A stretch of 64,000 nucleotides of DNA, taken from the NCBI GenBank assembly GCA_964016885.1, contig OZ024765.1, positions 23,436,001 to 23,500,000 on the forward strand, written 5' to 3'. A program made the translations under genes and the position numbers. How positions within the stretch are numbered: the stretch's first letter is position 1; each line of letters begins with the position of its first letter. The notes below the pieces were generated by a model. The model was not told where the DNA came from. It was given only the letters and a program-made list of their open reading frames with translations, and searched no databases. The stretch comes from Eledone cirrhosa. Taxonomy: Eukaryota. Shown piece after piece: positions 54,186 to 64,000 of this stretch.

Positions 54186-54490
54186 GGAGGTACATGGCTT
54201 GCAATCGAAAGGTTGTGAGTTCAATTCTCAGACCGGGTGATGTGTTGTTTCCTTGAGCAAGACACTTTATTTCACATTGCTCCAGTTTACTCAGCTGTAG
54301 AAATGAGATGATAGGGACTGGGGTCCCTATCATTCCACTGCAAAGTGGTCGTGTAGGTACCACGGCAAAAACCACCCAGCACTCACTGTAAATGAGGTTG
54401 GTGTTAGGAAGGGCATCCAGCTGTAGAAATCAAGCCAGCATCAGTTCCCGTCCCACCCTTGCAAGCAGGGAAAAGTGGACGTAAAATGAT
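54186..54490 (+). mobile_element. SINE family B
   Basis: Apparently identical to 56531-56845, including the same head deletion. Confidence 0.85.
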
Positions 54491-54790
54491 ATTTATATAT
54501 ATACATATATATATATATACATATACATATATATACATACATATATATACATATATATATATACATATATACATATATATATATACATATATATATACAT
54601 ATATATATATACATATATATATATACATATATATATATACATATATATATATACATATATATATATACATATATATATATACATATATATATATACATAT
54701 ATATATATACATATACATATATATATATATACATATATATATACATATATATATACATATATATACACATATATATACACATATATATAC

Positions 54791-54835
<45 letters not shown>

Positions 54836-54908
54836 TATATACATATATATATACATATATATATACATATATATATACATATATATATATATACATATAT
54901 ATATATAC

Positions 54909-54963
<55 letters not shown>

Positions 54964-55156
54964 CATATATATATACATATATATATACATATATATATAC
55001 ATATATATATACATATATATATACATATATATATACATATATATATACATATATATATATATAAATATATATATATACATATATATATACATATATATAT
55101 ACATATATATATACATATATATATACATATATATATATATAAATATATATATATAC

Positions 55157-55353
<197 letters not shown>

Positions 55354-55366
55354 CATATATATATAC

Positions 55367-55513
<147 letters not shown>

Positions 55514-55526
55514 CATATATATATAC

Positions 55527-55785
<259 letters not shown>

Positions 55786-55824
55786 CATATATATACATAT
55801 ATATATATATACATATATATATAC

Positions 55825-55917
<93 letters not shown>

Positions 55918-55942
55918 CATATATATATACATATATATATAC

Positions 55943-56127
<185 letters not shown>

Positions 56128-56160
56128 CATATATATATATATACATATATATATATACAC

Positions 56161-56193
<33 letters not shown>

Positions 56194-56245
56194 CACATAT
56201 ATATATATATACATATATATATATACATATATATATATACACATA

Positions 56246-56277
<32 letters not shown>

Positions 56278-56498
56278 CACATATATATATATATATATAT
56301 ACACATATATATATATATACATATACACATATATATACACACATATATATATATATATATACACATATATATATATATATACATATACACATATATATAT
56401 ACATACATATATATATATACATACATATATATATATACATACATACATATATATACATACATACATACATATACATACATACATACATATACATACAT

Positions 56499-56530
<32 letters not shown>

Positions 56531-56842
56531 GGAGGTACATGGCTTGCAATCGAAAGGTTGTGAGTTCAATTCTCAGACCGGGTGATGTGTTGTTTCCTTG
56601 AGCAAGACACTTTATTTCACATTGCTCCAGTTTACTCAGCTGTAGAAATGAGATGATAGGGACTGGGGTCCCTATCATTCCACTGCAAAGTGGTCGTGTA
56701 GGTACCACGGCAAAAACCACCCAGCACTCACTGTAAATGAGGTTGGTGTTAGGAAGGGCATCCAGCTGTAGAAATCAAGCCAGCATCAGTTCCCGTCCCA
56801 CCCTTGCAAGCAGGGAAAAGTGGACGTAAAATGATGATGATG

Positions 56843-56845
<3 letters not shown>
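56531..56845 (+). mobile_element. SINE family B (duplicate)
   Basis: See 54186-54490. Confidence 0.85.
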
Positions 56846-56873
<28 letters not shown>

Positions 56874-56896
56874 CATATACATATATATACATATAC

Positions 56897-56977
<81 letters not shown>

Positions 56978-57020
56978 CATATATATATAAACATATATAT
57001 ATATACATATATATATATAC

Positions 57021-57087
<67 letters not shown>

Positions 57088-57380
57088 CATATACATATAT
57101 ATATATACATATATACATATACATATACATATATATATATACATATATACATATACATATATACATATACATATATATACATATATACATATACATATAT
57201 ACATATACATATATATACATATACATATATATATACATATATATATACATATATATACACATATATATACATATATATATACATATATATATACATATAT
57301 ATACATATATATATACATATATATATACATATATATATACATATATATATACATATATATATATATACATATATATATAC

Positions 57381-57427
<47 letters not shown>

Positions 57428-57594
57428 TATATACATATATATATACATATATATATACATATATATATACATATATATATACATATATATATACATATAT
57501 ATACATATATATATACATATATATATACATATATATACATATATATATACATATATATACATATATATATACATATATATACACATATATATAC

Positions 57595-57627
<33 letters not shown>

Positions 57628-57643
57628 CATATATATACACATA

Positions 57644-57677
<34 letters not shown>

Positions 57678-57730
57678 CATATACATATATATATATATAC
57701 ATATACATATATATATATATACATATACAT

Positions 57731-57764
<34 letters not shown>

Positions 57765-57907
57765 ATACATATATATATTTATATATATACATATATATAT
57801 ATTTCCTCAGTGAAATAACAACCCAACAAGGAACTGGGCATATCAGAGTATTGACAAAATTATACACCTCAATAACATATGTACTTGTCTATACCACACT
57901 AATTCGG

Positions 57908-57962
57908 ACTGCCTGAAGAGGTCACAGCCAAAGATGGCTGTCACTGAAATATATATAGCAGT
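57908..57962 (+). ncRNA. Type-I hammerhead ribozyme in a TA-flanked element (about 57803-58111)
   Basis: ACUGC-CUGAAGA-GGUCACAGCCA aaga UGGCUGUCACU-GAAA-UAUAUA-UA^GCAGU; perfect 5-bp stem I, 11-bp stem II with one mismatch. Confidence 0.85.
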
Positions 57963-58399
57963 AATAAAAGAAGCTAAATTTTAAACATTTGACTTTTTAT
58001 TTAACTTTATTTTACATTACTCCGGAGTAACCAAACCAACCTGCGCACTTCGTCGAGTGCTCCAGCCTGCATACTGAGGTGTTGGTATACAACCAACATG
58101 TACTCAAAATCTATATATATATATATATACATATATACATATGTATCGCTAGTTTCCATAACACATTTATTTTTTTTTACCCTCATTTTCTCTACCATGC
58201 TGCCTCACTATTTGTCTATTTTGCCATCAGATGCTACAGGCCATGACTTGGCTACCTACCTCACAATTTTCCTCCCTCCCACCACCATAGCCTATTCGAC
58301 CAATCAAACCTCATGATCCCCCCCCCCCCCCCACTACCAACCCCAACAAACCCTGCCATTTCTACTACTGTTCTTCTAGCCCTGAATTTTCCTACCGTT

Positions 58400-59490
58400 A
58401 TGAATGGATGAGGTGAGAATAAATGGAGCAACTCTGAATTAATAGATGAAAATGAATATGAATCCGCGAGCTACCAACCACCCATGTGAAGCTCCAATTC
58501 AGAGACAGGAAGCACACACACACACCCCTGCAAAAATCGACCCTTCCCTACGAATGTTGACAAATGCCCAAAACTCCAAGTTGGTACCACCAATGTAAGC
58601 ACAATGAAAGGAAGAGCAGGAGAAATCGTAGAAATGCTAGAGCGAAAGGAAATTGATGTATGGTGTGTGCAAGTGACTAGATGGAGAGGAGAGTCTGCTA
58701 GAGTCCTTGTAGGAAAAAGTCGGTGCTACAAATTTTTCTGGGTGGGAAATGACGATGGGATGGGTGGTGTAGGTATACTACTAGCTGACAAGTGGGTAGA
58801 TAAAGTAATCTCAGTGTACAGGGTAAATGCAAGAATCATTAAACTCAGACTAGTCCTGAATTTACCACAATAATATCAGCTTACGCACCCCAATCGGGGT
58901 TGCCCGACAAACTTAAGGATAGGTTTTACGAGTCCCTAATGCACACTACTGCTCTAACAAACGACAACGACTTCCTAATCATCGCAGGAGATTTTAACGG
59001 ACACGTAAGTAAACACTGTGACGGCTTCAATAGAGTCCATGGGGTTGGCACAAGAAATGAAGAAGGATTCAGACTTCTGTGACGCCAATGACATGTCGAT
59101 ATGTAACACAAACTTCAAAAAACCCGACAACCACCTGATCACCTATAGATCAGGAGAGCATTCTAGTCAGATAGATTTTATCCTCATCAGAGGACGTGAC
59201 AGATGGACGGTCGTAAACACAAAAGCCTTCCCTAGTGAGGAATGTACCTCCCAACAAAGCTTAGTTGTCAGTGACCTCACGGTCAGAACTAGACGAACCT
59301 AGAAATAGAGGCCAACCTGGAAAGATCTGGAAGCTGAAAGACCCCTCAGCCAGTAACAGATTTAAAGATATTTTACTCAACGCCTACGACAGTAAAGAAG
59401 AACAGATAGAGACATTCAATGTAGAAGAGAACTGGGAGTTCCTAAAAAATAACTTACTAGAGGCGACGGATGAGATCTGTGGCTGGAGTA
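58400..59490 (+). mobile_element. RTE LINE 5' half (APE), degenerate and 3'-truncated
   Basis: VGTTNVSTMKGRAGEIVEMLER..VQVTRWRG..SAYAPQ..GDFNGHV..CNTNFKK. Confidence 0.88.
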
Positions 59491-59616
59491 ATACGCACAT
59501 CTACTGAGTTATACACACAACTACTGAGTTACACACACATCTACTGAGTTACACACACATCTACTGAGTTACACACACATCTACTGAGTTATACACACAT
59601 CTACTGAGTTATATAC
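59491..59616. repeat. 20-bp minisatellite (acacacacatctactgagtt), about 6 copies
   Basis: Exact 20-nt period. Confidence 0.92.
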
Positions 59617-60027
59617 ACATCTACTCATAAATATTTATAAATAGACACATTATACAAAATAATTATTATGTACAACCACATCTATAAATGATTGAGGAAG
59701 AGCTGGTGAAACACTATAGCAATATGTGTGTTGCACCCCTTTTGGTTTTTACCGGCTACATAGCCTATCCGTATTCTTATATTACGAGTGTATATATCAG
59801 ATGTTGAGGGGTAATATCTTGTCTATTATGTATAATGTATGTATGTATATATACAATATATATATACACATATATATATGCATATATACATGAATACATC
59901 TATATATATATATACACATATATTTATGTATACATAATTATATATATATAAAGTATATATATATATATATTTTAGGTATGAATATAGTCTCATTAATATA
60001 TATATATAATATAATATAATTATTTAT

Positions 60028-60176
60028 ACTTTTGGCACAAGGCCAGCAATTATCCCAGTGCATTACTGGTACTTTATTTTATCGACCCCGTAAGGATGAA
60101 AGGCAAAGTTAACCTCAGCGGGATTTGAACTCAGAATGGCAAGGGCCGTAACTCTATGCGTCAAAGCATGGCGTCC
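60028..60176 (-). mobile_element. SINE family A, head truncated
   Basis: Reverse complement of the 5692-5880 body. Confidence 0.85.
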
Positions 60177-60243
60177 TGTTATTATATTATATATAATATA
60201 ATAACAGGAAGCTGGACTTGTGTAAATCCTTGAAAGGTTTATT

Positions 60244-60301
60244 ATACTATGATCATTTCAATGACCGGGTTCCGTATGAATCCGGTGATATCATCAGGTA
60301 T
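60244..60301 (-). ncRNA. Type-I hammerhead ribozyme (left arm, intact core)
   Basis: Minus: AUAC-CUGAUGA-UAUCACCGGAUUC auacg GAACCCGGUCAUU-GAAA-UGAUCA-UA^GUAU; palindromic AUGAUCAU stem III. Confidence 0.8.
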
Positions 60302-61347
60302 TCGAAATAAAATAAATGAATGTAACAGATAAAATCCATGGGGCTGAAAATCATAGACCCGAGGACGACCGACCATCTAGCATCTTCCACTTTAGTTGGT
60401 CACCCTCGAGTGCTGGGCTATTCGGTCTACTTAAGGCTATCTGGTGAGGGGGCGAAAGCTTATAATGTGGTAACATCCCGGTCAAAGAGAAAAAAAAGAC
60501 AGAAAGAAAGAAGAAAAGTCAGCGTTAATGTCATGCTACAATCAGGCTAGGAATTGCCGCGAAAAATGTTATTCTAAAGAACCTATATCTTAACAGAGGT
60601 ATACATAGTGGGCATCTACATGGTATAATGTGTGAACAGAAAACTGGAATGTTAAATTTTTGTTTAGATTCATAGGATGAAATTAGAAAAATTAAATTAA
60701 AGATTAAAATTATAAAATTAAAAATTAAACAGTTTAAAAAAGCTGTTTGACTGCTAAACAAGGACTTAATCTTTACTCTATATACCACCCTGAAAACTTA
60801 TCGAGGATCTCTATAATACACTTAAAATTTTTTCATAAAAGACTCTCTGTAAATTCTTTAACTAAATCTCGCAACCCAAACCATACATTTTTTTTAAAAC
60901 TGTTTAATTTTTAATTTTCAAATTTTTTTAAATTTTTAAATTTTATAATTTAAATCTTTAATTTAATTTTTCTAATTTCATCCTATAAATCTAAACAAAA
61001 ATTTAACGTTCCAGTTTTCTGTTCACACATTATACCATGCAGATGCCCACTATATATACCTCTGTTATAATATAGGTTCTTTAGAATAACATTTTTCGCG
61101 GCAATTCCTAGCCTGATTGTAGCATGACATTTCTTCTTTCTTTCTGACTATTTTTTCTCTTTGACCGGGATGTTAGTAGCACATTATAAGCTTTCGCCCC
61201 CTCACCAGATAGCCTTAAGTAGACCGAATAGCCCAGCACTTGAGGGCGACCAACTAAAGTGGCAAATGTTAGATGGTCGGTCGTCCTCGGGTCTATGATT
61301 TTCAGCCCCATGGATTTTACCTGTTACATTCATTTATTATATTTCGA

Positions 61348-61405
61348 ATACTTGATGATATCACCGGATTCGTACGGAACCCGGTCATTGAAATGATCAT
61401 AGTAT
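61348..61405 (+). ncRNA. Hammerhead ribozyme (right arm, C3-to-U core change)
   Basis: AUAC-UUGAUGA-...-GAAA-UGAUCA-UA^GUAU. Confidence 0.65.
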
Positions 61406-61697
61406 AATAAAACTTTCAAGGATTTACACAAGTCCAGCCTCCTGTTATTTTATTATATTTAACTCCGTACCCGCACACAAACGAAGACGGTTGAGCTGCT
61501 TTATGTTGAGTACTCTCCATATTATTACATCAAGATTGACCATACGGAATGACCAGCTCTATCCAGTGGTGAACCTTCAAACCTAAATAAATATATATAT
61601 ATATATATATAACGAAATAGTCCAGAAATAGCCGTCGAAACGGCTTGAGCTCTGCCGTTGGGGTCATACATTTTCCTATATATATATATATAGGAAA

Positions 61698-62537
61698 CCG
61701 TTTATTTCCGTATCCCCACCACCACCATGTGTAAATAAATAAACTTTGAAATCACCACGTTGATGCAAAACTTGGTTTTTCACTTTGGGATAATACAGGT
61801 ATTTGCAACTTGAAAAATATGAATTCTACATTATACCCCAGCGTGGAATTAATCATCGCGATATTTCCATCACTACCGCTACTACAGCCCATGCCATTAA
61901 TTGGTTGAAATAACATGGGCTTAATCCTGTATGTTATTAAAAGGTTCCCGAGTAGCACAGTAAAATAAAGCCTTTACGAACGGAACTGTGCAATGAAAGT
62001 ATTTTTAATAAGTGTATCTCATCGTAAACGTATCTCTTAGAAATTCATAAATGGCTGTGTAAACCCTTATACTTTAAAACAAAATTACAAACCAATTATG
62101 TGGTCATTGAAGTTGCAAAAATAGCAGGCAAATCTTATACACTCTGCCACATCCTGTGTTCGTGGCAGCTGAGTATCAACCATCCATAAATCATTTTTAC
62201 CCGCTAAGAATCTCAATGGGGGAAAATTTTCTTCAATTTCTGCCAGTATTACAAAACAATGTTATCTTGTAGTTACCCGCGTTAAATTGTTTTTTTTAAA
62301 GAAATTCGGTAGTGTCGACCCCATGAACTTCATTTGTTTTCTAATTTGATAACTATGACTATGAAATAAAACGCGTGGTGATATGGAAACAAATCGATTA
62401 CGCTAAACGTAAATAAACATAAATAAGTTGCAAATTCGTGTATTATCCCAAAGTGAAAATCCAAGTTTTGCATCAACGTGGTGATTTCAAAGTTTATTTA
62501 TTTACACATGGTGGTGGTGGGGATACGGAAATAAACG
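61698..62537. mobile_element. 840-bp element with near-perfect inverted termini of about 77 bp (MITE/ITR element, family unknown)
   Basis: cgtttatttccgtatccccaccaccaccatgtg..gatgcaaaacttgg (61698-61775) versus its reverse complement at 62461-62537. Confidence 0.8.
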
Positions 62538-62607
62538 AAGGTTTGACGAATGACGTCACATTCTTCTACTTTCACATCTGACAGCCAATTCCGTTGTAGT
62601 GCCCAAA

Positions 62608-63650
62608 ATAGATTTAGACTAAAACGAACAAAACTTCCCTGAAACAACAAGGTACAGCTAAATATAAACTATATTTTATAATGTAAGGTAGTGAACCACA
62701 TAATTAAATAGACGGAGGTAATTTAGATAATAAATATATCATCAATTTACTTAAAGCAATAACACGGTACAGCTAAATATAAACTATATTTTATAATGTA
62801 AGGTAGTGAACAAGATAATTAAATAGACGGAGGTAATTTAAAAAATAAAGACAGTCATGATAACAATATATTTTATATAACATGTAACAGTGGAATCTGG
62901 TTAATTACTGTATCGTTGTAGGGTTCACATAATTATATTATTTACACACATTAATATAGACATTAAGTAAATCTTTGTCAACTTACCTCCTTCAGATATA
63001 ATCAATGTGTTGTGTTGTTAGTTGTTACTAAACAACCAAAGAAATAATCTCTTTGTTATCAAATTAGAAGTTTCAAAGATGTTATCAGCTTTATTTCACG
63101 ACATTAACCTTCTTCATCTTTAGTCATAAATTGATATCTTGTCAGAATGAAGTAGTGAGGCTGACTTTATGTCTATAGCTACAGATTTGATAGGAAATAT
63201 ATATATATTAGGTTGATATGTGGTTTAAAATATATATATTGTCTATAAATGACTGATAGCAGATGTTCTGGTGAAATAGTAGTTTTACTACTACAGATTG
63301 TAATGGAACTCTTAGTAGACACAATTGTAAAGTAAGAATGGATATGACAGTGTAAGACTGATGTCGAGGAAATAAACTTGTGTATATATATATATATATA
63401 ATTGTTACACAAGATATAATTAGATTAATTAAAGTTATAATGAAGACATCAGGTACTTGGTGTCGTTGGAAATGATTTAACTCCCTTACCGGTGTCATTA
63501 GTTAAAAGTCCCTGATATAATTTAATACATTCAGACAGTTCCAATCGTATTTAATCGATAGTAAATCAAAAGGTATCACTTAGTAAAATATCAATTATAT
63601 ATCTACGTAGTGTCTCTGACTTCTAGAAATAGCAGTGAAATTATCCATTA
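62608..63650. repeat. Conserved ZNF-unit upstream block, copy 3
   Basis: Homologous to 22255-23485 and 2908-3740. Confidence 0.9.
62987..63178 (-). other. Putative non-coding 5' UTR exon of ZNF-2
   Basis: Acceptor ttcctatcaaatctgtag and donor GAAGGAG|gtaagt. Confidence 0.55.
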
Positions 63651-64000
63651 CAGACTTTTCTTTATTTAAACCATTACGTTTAGTAGATGTTTGTGTTGAG
63701 AATGTGTGTATTTGTGTATTGTATCACGGAAGTCACCATTGTAGATGTTAAAAGCAATGTTGTGGAAAATAGCATCGTACGACTTTGTAATTGTTTATAT
63801 ATAATTTATTTACAGATTACAAAGGTTAGAAGAATGTCTCTTGAAATGATAGTTAATGTTATCAATAAAAAGGTTATAAAGATTTAAAGACGTACGGTCA
63901 ACTGGCTGAGGCGTTAGCCAGACCTGTAGTGATATCTGTTGCTACATATTGTCTATGCTTGAGGAACGAAAGCAAGAGATGTTTACCTTCACTGTGTCGA

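Larger units (their letters stand above)
60200..61449. mobile_element. 1.25-kb foldback: inverted arms of about 545 bp (about 60200-60742 and 60890-61449), probably inverted pseudo-LTRs of a Penelope-like element
   Basis: The arms are reverse complements with scattered mismatches. Each carries a hammerhead motif near its outer end. No clear TSD. Confidence 0.85.

Noticed and set aside
59491-59616. CRISPR-like periodicity
   Set aside because: The 'spacers' are 10-nt near-identical CA runs; eukaryotic context and no cas genes.
59690-59725. Additional hammerheads (also about 23680-23697 and 32660-32700)
   Set aside because: Cores are incomplete or too degenerate to support a call.
60338-60550. 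Duplicated 70-aa ORF (also 61108-61311)
   Set aside because: A consequence of the inverted repeat; no recognisable domain.
61990-62170. DEIH helicase or tyrosine recombinase motifs in the ITR element interior
   Set aside because: Isolated short matches in stop-ridden frames.

Overview
Eukaryotic, AT-rich, repeat-dense animal DNA. The gene and repeat types point to an octopod cephalopod (inference). The only apparently intact host genes are two paralogous poly-C2H2 zinc-finger genes on the minus strand (9701-11131 and 34070-35431), each with a single coding exon. A conserved block with perfect splice signals occurs three times (3074-3275, 22829-23027, 62987-63178) and is probably their non-coding 5' exon. 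This implies a tandem array of at least three ZNF units with large, TE-filled introns. The rest is transposons and simple repeats: a Gypsy LTR element, at least three RTE LINE lineages (one with C-terminal C2H2 fingers, one with an internal PHD-like finger), two Tx1/L1-like LINEs, two Helitrons, two tRNA-SINE families, a bipartite RTE-derived element, Penelope-like remnants and about 7 kb of (TA)n/(TACA)n. The main signal missed by the ORF track is a set of about 7 minimal type-I hammerhead ribozyme motifs from several Penelope/retrozyme-like families, mostly embedded in TA microsatellites. Two of them sit in the arms of a 1.25-kb foldback, and four are sense to the ZNF transcripts. All calls were made by eye; no searches or folding programs were run.
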